A stretch of DNA of 60,603 bases, counting the filler, from Platydemus manokwari (Eukaryota): the NCBI GenBank assembly GCA_037951405.1. It is 5 parts of 5 records of this genome, joined end to end, with 100 filler letters (N's around TTAATTAATTAA, not from the genome) between each part and the next. Parts side by side here need not be neighbours in the genome. Positions count along the whole stretch, not along the records: positions 33,033 to 48,163 come from JBBMOY011342537.1; positions 48,264 to 60,603 come from JBBMOY010180007.1; 3 more parts are not named here. One strand, 5' to 3'. Both the position numbers and the translations under genes were made by a program. Every line of letters begins with the position of its first letter. Position 1 is the stretch's first letter. The notes under the pieces were generated by a model. That model made no database searches, had not been told where the DNA came from, and saw only the letters and a list, made by a program, of their open reading frames with translations. Shown here piece by piece: positions 39,621 through 55,025 of this stretch.

Positions 39621-42600
39621 TTTCATTTTAGTTTTAGAGACGGACACTTATGAACGACACGATATAATATATCTTTGACATCCCACGAAAACCATGATTT
39701 TAATTTGAAAAACACCAAAAACGTTTATTTGAAAATCATTGATAGAAATTTATGTGATGAAATATTTCACCAAATATGCATATCAAGGTGTACAGGACGT
39801 GGTTGATTGTATGAAAGATTAACATTTCTATTCCGCTATTAAATTTCTAATTAGTTTTAGAACTTAATGCAGCGAAAACTCCAATGACAACCAATATGAT
39901 TGAATTTTTTTAGACAATATTAATGAATAGAGTTCTACAATATTTGTTCTTATTTCCCTCTTAACCTTGAGAGTGTGTGTGTGTCAATCATATCAATAAT
40001 AATAACAATAATAATTCGTATGAAACTTCACCGGATAAATATTGAAACAATAATGACAATATAATGAAATAATAAATAATTAAAGCAAAAATAATATTAA
40101 TAAATTATAATTGATTAAAAAATCATAATAATATTATATATAATATTAAAAATCTACATTATTCTTATTATTATTATTAATTTTATTAATCTACGACATT
40201 AATCTACTATTTGAATACCTTTCTAATTAGATGTTTCCTACACAACTGTGTCATTATAATAAAACAATTTCATAATCAATTTATTATTATTATTTACTTG
40301 GGATTAAAGAAAAAAAAATGTGTTGAAATCTCGATGAGATAATGCAAACCTGATATGTAAATCAATACATTCACAGATAAAAAAATATGCATCTGTATTA
40401 CGTAAAGCTAAGAAAACAAGACAAATAATTAGTGTTGGTGTTACCTAATTGAAGTGCGGTAGATATAATGACCATTGACACTGATATCAATTATGAAAAT
40501 GTTCTACGATGTAACTGGCTGTAATCAATCGATATATTCTACAACAAGGTGTTGCACTGACGAAAATAGTGGTTTCAGGTGACTGATAATTTTTTTGTTT
40601 GGATGGTAAATTGACGTTTTTTTGCCAAACTGCTTAGCGATTATTCAATACCGGAATCAATTGGGTTACTAGTAAAAATTATCACATGTTGTCAATTTTG
40701 TTTTTAATGATGGACAATTTTGTTTTTTCTGAATTGACTTTTCTTCTCTGTGTATTTGTTAGTTGTAATTTGTAGGGGAAATATATTTATAAACATATAT
40801 GGCAGATACACATAGTTTTCATAATTCATTGCAATTCTCGTTATTGAAATAAATCAGTATTTGGTAACAAGGAATTTGTATGTCGATAATCAATTATTAG
40901 TTGTTTTTTTTATCATTTTGATGAGCAGTTATTATTAATTAGTGTGTAGAATAAGTAATTTTTTATGAAAGATAATTGTAGATTACAAATTATTTGAATT
41001 ATGATAAATATCACAATTCGAATCAATGGTTTATATGTGACATTTCACAAATCAATTAAAATTTTCAAGTTAAACTATTAAATTGAAAATACCAAATCAA
41101 ATAATGTCGATTATAAAAGCACAATTTTTCTCAAATAATTTTCAAGGGAAAAAGTTTTTATCGTAATTGAAACTAACTACAATAACAATTTATTATCATT
41201 AAGTTGTTTATTTAAAACGGTTGTTCATTAGAGAATTTTTAAATTTACATTATAAAATATTATTTAGCTTAAGTTAAGAATAGTAGTCCAATGACCTACT
41301 TCCGTAATGATGAATTTTCGTGCATTAAGTAATTTTATGTATAATTGCGATGCTTGATTTATTCGTATAATTCGGTTAATATATCAGGCTTTAGGATGTC
41401 TATTTTGGACAAAACATAGCTTTTAAACCAAGTTCCCATTCTAATCACAACACCTCTGAATGATTTGAGTGTTTAAATTTAAATTTTTATAATTATAAAT
41501 CGAGTTAGTTAATTACAGACATGTTTAATAATATTATTGGTTATTTTTATAAAATAATTGTAAAAATTGAGAATATCTCTCAATTTGCTTTTAATGCTAA
41601 AAAGGGGTTCTCACTAATTTTCAATAAACACTTTTTCATTTTTTCAAATAATCAAATTTCAGAAGATTTTGAAGCTATAGTGCATTTAATATTTGATTTC
41701 AAATAACTAAAATTCTCCTCAAATAATTAAATACAAATTTCAAAGTGTTTTTAAAGAAAATAATTAAATAAACTATATAGATTTTTGTACTACACTCAAC
41801 AAATTAAAAATTTTATTTTAGAATTTATTTTCTTTACTTTAGCCAGATTTTTTATTCTATAAATTTGAGTTAAAACATCTAAACTAATAGCAATTGGATA
41901 GCTCAAACAGAAATTTACTAAAAATAACCACAAATTTCATAAATTTAATAAAGTTTCTTGATCGTTAATTTTTTCTTTGATTTAGAAATCCTAATGCATC
42001 GGTTTGTCATATTTTCATATCAAAAATAAAAGAAATGAAAAATTATGATGAGAAGATTTCTCAATTTTTCCAAGCAATTTTTCATTATCCAAAATTGAAT
42101 TGCTAATTAAAACTGTTGAAATAATTATCAAGCGAAATTTGGAAATTCCAAAATTCTCAAATATTCTGTCATATTTGATAAATAATCTATTAGCTTTCTT
42201 AAATTTCAAAATTTATGAAAATATGAATTCGGAATTTTCTATATAAATTAAATAAAACACCTCAGTCAGCTGTATTACTATAGAAACAATGTGATGGAAC
42301 GGATCTTTGAAATCAAGTCAGTTAAACACATTATCAGTATTTACACGAGTTATGTAAAATTATGCTGTTACATTGTCGGTGCTGTCGGAGATAGTAAGAA
42401 ATTCCAAACCCTATATTCATTTCGAGTTACCTGATATCAAATAAATGTATATCAATATGAGAAGTGAGATTAAATAAATATTCGATATTTAGTAAGTAAC
42501 TTAAATTATTACACTATAATTACTACTAATATCACATTGAGAAAGTAAATCTCAATTTAAACTCAATGTATTGAATCTGACAAAAATCGTATACGAAAAT

Positions 42601-45600
42601 TGAGTAAATCAATTAAATGAGGCTAGAGTAACTTACACTAGAAAAAGACCAAAAAGAGTACGAAAATAATCAAGAATCTAAATTACATCAGTGAAGAAAT
42701 ATGAGGAGGAATAAGGTATGAGAATCACTGGAAACCGATGGACAGGAGCTACAATCAGAGTTTCAACGAACACATGAAGATAATGAAATGAATATGGAAG
42801 TCTTGGGACAGTAAAAAGAATATGGGAATTTAGCTCTTACATGGTGGACTTGAATGCGTTGCAAACAAGACCAAAAATATCAATCAATTATATAACTATT
42901 TGGACTTTAATATAATAGTGATGATATCATACACATTGTGTTTCATTATCTCGATCTTGATGCCTTAATCTTGAAAGTATTGCATATTTCCATTTAATTG
43001 TATTTTTTATCATTAGGTCAACATTATAATTAATGTGATTTTATAGTAACTGTTGTGTTTTATGATATGTGTTAATAAAATATTACACAACTATACCGAT
43101 CAATAATGATTAATGGAGTCGAGATCCCACACTAGATAGAAATAATACTTAATACTTTATTTTTCTAAATATAGCCAAAAATAGATCAAAAGATGAATAT
43201 AGAATAAATAAAATTCAAAAATAGTACCACAACAAAAAATAGTATCAGGTATTAAAGCAAAAAGAGAAAAAGATGAAAAGCAGATGAAGAAATGAAGGCA
43301 GTGTAAATAAATTCAAAAAAACGTTGCAGCACAGTGTTTGAAAAACGAACTCAAAAATGTCTACAAATTATTAAACGTCTACAAATTGATTGCATACGAA
43401 ACTAGAATGTTATAAATTTCTACATGGCATTATTCGATTGGCATAATACAAGTGGAATATTCTCAGAAGAAATCTATATCATAGCATAAAATAAATCAAT
43501 ATTTAAGAGAAGAAAATTTACAAAAACAATGAATTGGCTTATTGAACTTGATTTGAGAAAATAATCAAGTTTATTATTTTAATTTATTGGAAATGATTAT
43601 TGTTCTTATTAAAATAAAAACTTTTATTTATTTTATAATAATCTCTTACTTACGTAATCTCTAAAAATTTAATGGATTAGAACCAGTAAAATCGTCTTAT
43701 TAGCCAAATTAAATATTTTCGTTAAATCTATAACTATTATGATGGGTTGCCGGCACTTATAGACCAAACCCTCAACAAGCTGATCAGGGACCAGCACCCT
43801 TGTGGCGCAAGCACAGGAGACTTAAAATAAATTTTATTGAGAACAACAGAATCATATATTAAAGACAATTAATACCCGGTTATTGTCTCTTTAATTAACT
43901 ATTATTATTTGACTTAAATAATTGTTATCATAATATCTATTTTGTAATTGCCACAACCAATTATATTTTATTTTATATTGATAGCATTTGTTATCGATTA
44001 ATGGGAGTCAGGAATGTTTACATTTATTATTCGAATTTATATTCATAATTAATATTCTGCTTTGTTAGTTTATTTTGATCAATGTTTTATCAAATATGAA
44101 ATTCCTTAAAGCATTTTGTATAATTAAGAATCCATAGAGTACCAGCAACATGATGGGATTATTTGCTGATTTCGTTTGGCTCCAATAAACAATTTATGTT
44201 CAATGATGTGCTCCTTAAATAAATTCAAGGTGTTAATAGTCGATTATTTATTCCTGAGAGAATAAGAGCTTGGAACATTCTTCTAATTTTTATTCTCAAA
44301 TTCTTCGAAAAGAAATATTAAATTAGTGTTTGAATACGATTCGTTTCAAAACGCTTGATATTTAACTCAAATCTTTGTTAATGATCTTCTTAGCAAGTCG
44401 TCTGTATTTATGTTGCTGTTATCCAATGAATATATTTTTTTATTAATTAAATCTGTCATGATTATCGTTGCTTTTAATCCGAATGATTTCCTGATGCCCG
44501 TTGTTTGATTTATTAATTGAGAAGACATATTTTGGCCGAGTCACACATTTTGGCATAATTATTGAATGGTTATTTTAAAAAATGAATGAATATTCTGTAT
44601 AATTGATTTTAATGTATTCATTTTCCCGACATATCTGATTTTTATTTTGATTCTTGTTTCAATTATCATGGAAGTATTTATTAGATTATCATATATCGAT
44701 ACGTAACTACATGTTGGATACAAGGATACATAAATAGACATTCTTGTACAAAAACAATGGGCGATAATTAAAATATAAAATAAAACTCAGAAACTGCAAT
44801 AGATAAAAGATCTCAATGAATTTCATCAAGTAATTTTCATAATGTTTACTTTCATCCTTATCGAATTTTATTAACTAAGCAAGTTTATTAATACTTCTTA
44901 TTATGTGTTTTTTATATTAATTAGATAATTATATTTTTTAAATGAAGTCAAAAAAATATTTATAAAATAAAATTAGGAAATAAATTTCAAAAATCATTTT
45001 TCATATTCAAGCCGAAGATTTGAATCTACCGAATGATTGATTAAAAATGAGACCACAATTATTAAAAGCAAATAAAAATGTTGTAATTTTTTGAGTATTA
45101 TATAAATCAATTATTAGAATATTAGAAAGCTAGGAAACATTAAATAACGGAGTTAAACCTCGGATATATCCGAAAAAATAGATGAAATTAAAATTAAACT
45201 TTTGACTAAAGTGCACTCAGAAACTGCGTTTGTTTGCTATGGTGATTGTACATTTTAGACTTCAATTTTGGAGAACAATTCGATAGAAAATTAGTTGAGA
45301 AATTAAATAATTTATTAAAGGCTTGGTTTCAATGGTAAAAGATAAAGCAGATAAAGAAATATTATTTTTAAAAATAAAGTATTTGTATGAGCTGTTCAAT
45401 TATTTAGTTGGGAACAATAATTGTGTCGGTACAAAAATGGAGCCGTTTTGCAGGATAGTATTAATTTAATAAAAAAAACCTTGCTTAAATAAATGTCCGA
45501 GATTTTATATGAAAAAATGAAAAATCTCTTTAGAACGGAGATATTTTAAAATAAATCGAAGAACGATTGTGTTTACTTAAATAATGTTAAGGTTACCGAA

Positions 45601-46436
45601 TTTAATAATCCTTTTGAAATTAATTTATTCTTTGGAAAATTTTAATATCAACACAATTGGTTAAGATTTTTTCAATTTCAAAAACAAGCTAAAGTTAATA
45701 AATGATTAATTAATCGAATTATTAATTCATAATTAATTAAATTTAAAAAACTAGGATATTAATCTGAAATCTTATGTAATTAAATAATTATTTTAAAATG
45801 GAAAACATTGGTATATTCTTGTTCTTTCACCGCATTAGTTTCATCAACACCATACACTCCAATTTGAATTTGATGTTTAGATTATCAAAACTGAATCATT
45901 CATGTTCCAATTTGGATTAATCGAAACTAATCCAAGTTTATTACGACATATCAATTATCAAATTAAAACAAACTGAACTGAATATCGAATGAAAAATAAG
46001 GATTTATATTTTATTTTTATGTAAATATGTCATTTGAATACTTTTATGGTTATAAACCATTCATGAATAGACTGATATCATAGAGTTTTTAGAATTAAAA
46101 ACATATCGATTTAATAAAAAGTTGATTATAAATATGAAAAATATCTGGTTTTGTAATTTGGCTATTATGAATTTGAAGTGCCATTGTAAACCATATTAAA
46201 AGTAAGTTTCAAAAACATCAGTTATTTTCATCACAACGGCAATAGTTTATTGTTAATAATTTAACATTTGATTTGAATGATTAATAGTAGACTTTAGTAA
46301 TTTTTATTGGCACAATGGAATTAAAAATCTCGATTTTTACGAACAATAATGAAAATATATAATACCTCAAATTTTTCTAAATAGCGGTGGTAATTATAGA
46401 TAAATATATGAGATTATCACAAATAACGCCTTAAGG

Positions 46437-46776
46437 CAGTGGTTTTCAACCTTTTTGCTGGAGAGGAACCCCACGGAAACATTCCTCTGGCTCAAGGAAC
46501 CCCTGTGCAATAATTTAATTGTTTTATGCAGAAAACAGCATTTATTTTTTAAAATGAAATAAAAGTATTTATGTTCAGAGTATTGTACATGTTTGTTGAT
46601 GAAATGAAGACAAAGTTGTACAAAACAATAACGAATAATAAAATAATACAAATAATAATGAAATAATAATAATAATAATAATAAAATAGATTTTTGAAAT
46701 TGAATTTAACATGTTCTAATTTAGAAATTGCTGAATCTCTGGAGTGTACTGGGGGAATACTGGTTGAAAAAAACTG
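46437..46776. mobile_element. 340-bp hAT (Charlie-like) MITE
   Basis: TIRs CAGTGGTTTTCAACC / GGTTGAAAAAAACTG, flanking duplication CTTAAGG, and subterminal GGAACCC repeats. Confidence 0.8.
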
Positions 46777-47845
46777 CTTAAGGAATTGGAATTATAATGA
46801 TGTAGTATATATTTATTTAAATTAAATATAGACTAAGGTTAATTCATTCGTCAATTTTCATATTCATAAATCTTACATATGTTGGAAGTAATAATAAAAT
46901 TTTTTGTTAAAGTACCTAACATGAAATTGCGTTCTCTTCGATGGACAAGCTTATTAAAAGTGCGTATCTAAGGAGCTATTAATTTTTATTTTTCACAATA
47001 CAATGCTATTTTTCGTATTTAATTCAATTTGTCAGTTAGACTATTATTGATACGACATTTAATATATTGGGATATCAGTCAATATTATCATATGGTTAGT
47101 CAAGTGTTTGATGGATCGAATGAAAGATAATTCTCAATCTCATGACGAAAAATAGTTAAAGTGACTTTCAGTTCACAATCTTTTTTCTTAAAATTAAATA
47201 TTTCAAATACGTAAACCCTTTTCGTATAATATATACGCGTTCACTTTGTCACATTGGAACGTGCGTAACATTTTCCGAACTGAGCACAAAAAGATAATAT
47301 TTCTTCAGGACATTTATCAATTTTTGATTTGGGATTTTTCTTTTAACACTTGTTAAACGCTGCAGAAAATCACTTTTATTTTGGGATTTCTAATAATGAC
47401 ATTGCTTAGAGATATACAAGGCCCATACGAACCAAAAAAAACAAAAGAATGTCTGATGGGATCGAGTACTACCTCGCCAGCACTGATCAGCCAAAACATC
47501 AAATAAATAACAGAGCTACTCGGCAGTGTTGTAACGCGAATGGGAAGACTTCAAATGAAGAAATCTGGAACCAGAAAATCAGATATATAAATTGTGATAA
47601 TTCAATTTAAAAGCTGACTTGAGGGCGTCGTTAAGACTGTTATGTTTATAGATAATAAATATTAATATTTCTTTTAATATCGAGAATTAAGTATAAAATT
47701 TGAAATACCTCAAATAAGCATATTAAAACAAGAGAATATTTCTTCGATTTTCATCACAAATAGTCTTCTTATAAACATTTTTAATTATAAATTATTATTT
47801 AATACAAAGTACTTACTTAAAACAAATTAATTTAAAAATCATTTA

Positions 47846-48060
47846 TCATATTTTTATAATTTTTGCCCAATTCACAAAATTATTCTTGGAAATAAGAAAG
47901 TTTAAAATGATAGTTTTGACATCTACTGAAATAATATATTTCATCCTTTTCGCTGACGTCAATTTATGCTTGCAAAATCTGATATGATCCGTTCTTGTTT
48001 TTAACTCCAAGACTGGAACTCGAAGAAATAATGAATGCTGTATCATGAATCAAACGAGTA
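47846..48060 (-). mobile_element. Tc1-like transposase remnant
   Basis: PVLELKTRTDHIRFCKHKL...IISVDVKTIIL...NFVNWA mirrors the Tc1 pattern RLxFCK...IxFSDEKxFxL...NxRxWA. Confidence 0.45.
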
Positions 48061-48163
48061 TCATTAATATGAATTTCATCTATATTATATGTTTATTAAG
48101 AAGTATCAAAATATTAACCGAAAGTCCGTACAAAAATAAATATTAAAAAGCTGACGACAGATA

Positions 48164-48263
48164 NNNNNNNNNNNNNNNNNNNNNNNNNNNNNNNNNNNNN
48201 NNNNNNNTTAATTAATTAANNNNNNNNNNNNNNNNNNNNNNNNNNNNNNNNNNNNNNNNNNNN
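48164..48263. other. Artificial contig spacer
   Basis: N44-TTAATTAATTAA-N44. Confidence 0.97.
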
Positions 48264-50542
48264 CTAAATTAAATATATTGATTAAATATTATTTTATATA
48301 TTAATTGTTTTGTCTGCATCCCGGATAACAGGAAAGTACCCGATTCTATATTATTAGGAGGGTCTATAGGTTTAAGCAGGTCCAAACTTAACACAGGAAT
48401 AATAAACTTTATAATAAAGTAAACTGGTTTTTTCAATTAAAATCTCACTAAAGTATATAGGGATGGAATTACGAATAATCGATATTTTGTCTATCAATAA
48501 TTAATATTGTTTCACTTTCTGTTTAAATATTAAAAATCATAATTTTAAATGCTTTAATAAAATGGGAAAAAATTAATGATGATTTTGCAATTTCAATTTT
48601 AGAAACTTAAATTACAAGATCATTTTACAAATACAAATCAAAAATGGTGAATAAAAATTTTAAAAAATAACATCTTAGTTAAGCAAAATTATTATAAATA
48701 TCGTTACTTTACTTATTTAATTCTTCTACAAATGATTTGGATTGATAGTAAAGAATTCCAAAACTGAAATTAGTGCTGTTTGAGAGACTCTTAAGAAAAT
48801 CTTATTAGCAAATCAATAAAAATTTCTGCACTCTTTTATTCAGTAATATTTTGAATTTTGTTGGATAACAATTATTTTTCCAAAATAAAAATATCCACTC
48901 ACAAAATTTAGTCATAATAAAAGTTAAATTCCCAGAAATTATGGAGTCTGTGTGAATCGAATCTTTGAAAGTTATGCCCATCTCACAGTGGGTATCTTAA
49001 GTTTTGTTTTCAATCATCTTATATTATATATAATATTGCTAAAGGTGTAATCAGAACTGTTATATAGAATAATCTACTCTCACGTAGAATAATCAGTCCA
49101 AACTATATGTTCGTTTATTCAGTTTTCTCATCTTCATTCTGTTAACATGAATCTCTTATGAGCAAGCCATAATAGGAAACATTTTAATATTAGTTTAGGT
49201 GTTGATTATAGCGATTGTTAAGAAAGATTCCCTTCATTAACGATACCACTGCTTATTTGTCTATTACTCGTTATTATAATTGTTCATTATCAAACTTTTG
49301 TATCATGTTATATTTGTTATTTAATAATTACTATAAGTTATCATTCATACTTATCAACTGTAAATTCATTAACATTAATCCAAGCTAAATAAAAAGTATT
49401 TAACTCAATATATTTTAATTAATTCAAGGTAGTAATCACCATACTCGAATTAGTAATATAAATCTTCTTAATCGTACCAACAACAAGAAAACCAATTAAG
49501 ACTTGAAGTCTAAATTTCAAAATCGAATATAGAGCGTTTCTAAATGGAGAAAAGTTTTGTTCGAGGAGAAGAGATAAATCAATGATTTCCCAATTGGTTA
49601 AATATAAATCCAAACATTCAATAGAAGTTTAATTGATTACAATCTTTATAAATAACCATGAATCTTGACGTTGCTAAATCAGTTCTTGATTCCATACATT
49701 TGAATGTATTATTTGATTAGTGTTCACTATAAATCAGATCATTTTGTTTTTATTTATCAATGAAATATTGTTTTACAAATATTTTCGATAAATAATGATC
49801 CAGAATTATTATTAAAATAATTTTGAATTCTAATTAATTGAACGACTTTTCCTTATTGCATGATATTCAAATTTAGACCGATAAAGATTTGCAAAAAACG
49901 TTTTATGAGGCAGTAATAAATATTTAATGATTACATAAATTTACAAAAGTCAATTTTTACAATAAGTCATCCCGATTTAACAAACAAATATAACTTAACT
50001 TTAACTTAAAATTTAATATTTTTTAAACCAAATCTGCATATTCGTGCAACATTTTTATTATTACTATTTTTAACATTTTCTATTTAATCCACTATTTAAA
50101 CTTGTTTTATTTCCAATCAACTTATTTGTTTATCTTAACGCCAAACGAACATCATTCCAATACGAATGGATAAGCACGAGATTAGTCATTTCACAAGTTT
50201 AGAAATGGATTTATTTAGTAATCGAATTACAAATTAATTCATCACCAAAAACGAAACATGACTAACAATCTAATGAATAAAAAAAAATCAACATACATTG
50301 TATGAACAAAGCATCATTTTATAATATTCATGAAAATAATTCTCAAGGCCAAAATTCAAAAATAACAATTTTAATTTTTATTTAATAACATCATTAACGC
50401 ATAAATGTTTTATCTTTGTAAAAATCCATACAAATGAAATTGACTCTTACATTTAATTCTCATTGCAATTGAGCTTAAACATAAATATAAAAATCTAACT
50501 ACATGTATCAATAACGTACCTATACTATATAAAATAATAAAT

Positions 50543-51042
50543 TTATAAGCTAAAGTTTTTAAATATTATTAATCCTAACAATGACAAACTAATGAAATAG
50601 TCGATTTTTCTGGAAGGCGAAGCGTTGCAATAATCAGTATTGCAATGGCAATAGTACATTTTAACTTTCTTACGTCCTACTCTTTTGTAACATTTCATTT
50701 CGTCCAATGGTATATCTTTACTACATTGTCTTATAATTCGAGTCCTATCATGCACTATTCCGAAGTAAACCATAAAATATTTCATCAACAAATGAAGTTA
50801 CCTTCTTGAACGGTTTTCGTACAACTCGTATATCCCGGTTTACAATTGACTTTGTATGAAAATGAATCCCAATTTTCACAGCTTCCTAGCTGCATATATG
50901 AATTACAGACAACACAAGAAATATTTTTTTCAGCTTAATTTGATAAATGACATCCATAAACTATGTTTTAGAAAATACCTGAGCTTGCTGAATAAATATA
51001 AAATCCAAAGAGTAAACTAATAGTTATCATATAGTATTTCAT
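50543..51042 (-). CDS. Ly6/uPAR three-finger protein, quiver/sleepless-like, predicted GPI anchor
   Basis: Exons 51042-50979, 50933-50802 and 50754-50543. Signal peptide, ISCVVCNS...CTKTVQ...RIIRQCS...CYKR...YYCHCNTDYCNAS (10 Cys), hydrophobic C-terminus. Confidence 0.88.
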
Positions 51043-54000
51043 ATTACCAAACCAATTTCGATAACTAATAATATATTATGTCATATAAGTATATATACAA
51101 TTTATAAATTAACATTAACATAATAAAGAAAGCAAATTTTTTCTACCTACCGATCGATATTTAACAAGAAAAATAATTTCTTCCCCGATTTATGTAGGGC
51201 AAATGAAAGTTATTTTTAGAAGCAAAATAATTACTATTAAGTTTTAGAGAAGATAATCGTTTTTCAATTATAAAAAATAGTCTTTTATGTAGATCATGTT
51301 AAATGCTTCTATGGTTTTGAATTATGTTTTAAATTTATCGTTTTTAGTTCCAAAAGACTGATTTTCTAAAGTTAAATGTTTTGAACTATATTTGATAAAA
51401 TTTATAATTTTATTGAAACTATGGTTGTGTTTTTATTTAGAATTATCGAATTTATTTAAAACCTATCGAAATCCAGTAAGATATCAACGTTTGATCATAA
51501 CATTTTGAATAGTGACAAAATTTATTTGATATTTAAGCATTATTATGCTAACCATTTATGTTTTTAAAATAAATATTAATAGATGTGGCAAATCTATATG
51601 TAAGTCTAATGAATAAATCATATCACTGAACATTCCGTGAGAATCACAAAACATTGAAGGATATATATGTATTAATGAGTCAGATTAGACGTTACAACGT
51701 CTATATCTTCTCTTAAGAGAATTCTTTTCAAAGATTCGTCTATAGTTTTGATATGTTAATAAATATCGTTGTTCTGAGTTGGAGTACAGTTACCAAACGA
51801 TTTGAGCTCTTTCACAACTAGATCGACAATAATCAGCTGTAGGTAGAGAATATATTCAGTTGGTTGGCATTGATCCAAGTTATTTAAAGGAATAGATATG
51901 AAAATATCTGAGTAAAAGCCTCACAAATCTCAATTAGTAAAGTCCAATTAAAATGCAAGCCTCGTTTAGAGTAATTTTCTCTATCGTCACATTAAGCTAG
52001 GTCTTGAACATTGTTCTCGCCTATTTAGCTTAGAGCAGCTTGATTATTTAATCAATATATTGTGAAGATTGGTAGCTTTGTTTTCATGATCACTTTGAAA
52101 TGTGTGATATTATTTCAAAAATTCATTTGTTCAAACTCAGAATGTTCAGTTTGTTACATAAGAATTATTTATTTTCTGACCCATTCTTATAGATATTTTA
52201 ATCTATTGTTCCTACCCTTCGAATATGAATTGAAATAAATAACCTGCAACATGCCCACAAGCTGTATTTACCTTTATTTAACCAATTCTGTTTACAATAT
52301 CCTTTTACAGAACGAAATATTTTAATGAAATCTTATGCAAAAAGTTAGGGCTTTGACAAAACAACTAAATCAAACTTAATTTTATACTGTGTTGTTTGCC
52401 GATTTTTATGACAATTGTATTTTATACATGACAATAAGCATTAAATGTATATTAAATTTTATTATCTTCATTTTTATTCAATCAGCATTAATTGTTTATG
52501 ATTTGACAATCCTTGGAATGATTTAGTAAAATCAGTTTGAAATGATACTTATAAAATAATATATTGAGGATTTATAATCATTATTATCCATAAGTATTTA
52601 AAATAATAATGGTATCAATATAACCCATTTAAGACAAACTCATTAAATACCCTAGATAATAAAGTAATTCATAAAATAACAACCCGTGATATATTGTCAC
52701 GCAAAAACATTGACAAAGAAAATTCCATTAATTATCGACCACAACAAATTCAGTTAAGTTAATCATACGGAATTTCTTTCTGTATAATAAATTTAATCGT
52801 AGAGAATTTCTCTTCGCGATAAATACATTCTAGCATGAAAGCGAAAAATTCATGGCATTAAATTTAATCATAGAGAACATCTACGAATGACTCATTGCTG
52901 CCTACATGAGGCAGCAGCTACTGTTAACGCGGACACTTTGACCCACATTACCAAAGTTATTATACACGGGGATAGGACACATTTTGCAAGTAAAAACAGC
53001 ATAAGGAGATCATTCAGTGTTCGAGATCAGGATTCCATATATGCCCAGTACTTTACCGGAAGACTCCAGAGCAAGATGTGCTTGAGCGATATTATATCGT
53101 CTATTTATTATTATCGAGTTTAACACAAAATCTTGCAAGGTAACTGATTTTACTCCAAGAGTATGGAGTTTATAAACCGTCATTCTTAATCAAGGAATTG
53201 TTAAGATCTGTTGTAAGATTTTATATATAGTGTAGCATTAAAATTAATTTGTAATTTTTATGTTATTTAGTTGTCAATTTTTATCGCTGTTATTTAATAA
53301 TAAACAAATGTAGTAATAAGCATTAGTTATTGATTAAATAGGGATCATAGGGATCATAGTTCGTTATCATTGGTGTTAGTAATTTAAGAAATTAAGTTAA
53401 AGTACACAAACTAAGACTGGCAGTTAAGATAAATCACCATTGTCAAACTTATTGCCTTCATAAAACAACGTTTTACGAGATGAAGATAATAATAATCATA
53501 AGGTTCACCAGTCCTATAATCCTAATCAAGAACTCATTGAGACTGATTAAGACAACAGTGATATCAAATAGAAATAAGATTAATAAAATAATAAAACTAA
53601 TAAGGCCAGAATGTAACACGATAATTATCCTAAATTTAAATGGATTGGACCTAGTCAAATTATTCTAATTCATAAATAAATTTCTCGTAAAATCACTTAC
53701 AACCAAAAAGGGTTGCTGGCACTAATATGGCTAATCCTCACCAGGAACACTTGCAGCATAAATAGCATAACGTTTCTCGATGCATTTGCATTGAAATTAT
53801 AGAATTTAATCCAAGGTTTTAAACATATCTTTATATAGTTATTGATTCTGACAGCTTATTTGAATAAGTCAACTATTTTAAATTTAGAGCTTATTCTAGA
53901 AATGTTAATAATAGTCGGAATCATGTTATGTGGGATCTCTGAGATCACGGAAACTACAAATCTCATGTGTCGAATAACAGATGGTTGATCAATGAGAAGT

Positions 54001-55025
54001 TAGAAACGTGATGCACAACAAATATGTCGAAATTATGCTTGGTCTTGATCTCAGATTTTGCAAGTTCTTTTTATTTAATATATAAATGTCACTTCACTAA
54101 AAACATAACAAAACAAATCTGGAAGATTAGTACAATTCCAATGCATTTTTATTAGATTTCTGAAATTAAAAATATATGCATATTAAATCGAAAAAAGCGT
54201 GTTCGTCACTTTAGATAAACAAATATTTTTCATCGCTATTTCTCCATTCAGATACATAGCCAAAATACCGATCACTTGTCCAGATAAACACTAACTGAAA
54301 CTGCCACTATTCGACATTATAAAATGAGATATCAACTGAGCCATGTTAATAAATCAAATTTCACAAAATGATAAAAATAAAATCTCAATACAACAAAAAT
54401 TTTAATTCTCCTTTTTATTTCAAACCCGAGGCTATACAAAGTCAAACGAAAACATTGAATGATAAATATAAAAATTAAAGGATTATTTTATATTTAACTA
54501 ATGGTAGGTGAAACCCAATCAATCACTATTAAGTTATATCAGAGGACCAATAGATGCCTTCCAAATTTATATTATCAACATTTCACTGCTAATCACTCTA
54601 AGTGCTTTGTGAATCCACTGGAAAAAAAATATCATTTTAAACAAATTTCGATTTAAATACACGAAAAATCATTACATTAAAATTAGGTCAAAGGACCCTT
54701 TTTCGTAACTTAAGCCACAAACAACTTTCCAAATTTAAAATCATACCGAGCATCGATTTTTCTGAACAGTTTCAATTAAATTGCAACAAATTGGATTTAT
54801 TATTACCAATAAAAATGAAAGACAAAATCAGATAAAAAAATAATTATTAAATCATCACTAACATTTTGATTTTATCTCATAAAATTAAGCATTGTATTAT
54901 TATTATTATTATCAAAAATAGTGATATGGTAATTATTTAAGCATATAATTCCGAGAAGCACGCTAACATCCATTAATAGATAGTAAAATCCAATTAAAAA
55001 TAATTCATCACATTAAACTTAAACC

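Noticed and set aside
48317-48365. Twister-ribozyme-like words CCCGGATAA and GGAGGG
   Set aside because: The spacing is wrong and the upstream CCGGUCCCAAG-type segment is missing.
53480-53668. ORF region with KWIGP, resembling the integrase GPY/F motif
   Set aside because: The frame is riddled with stops and the sequence aligns with the non-coding repeat core.
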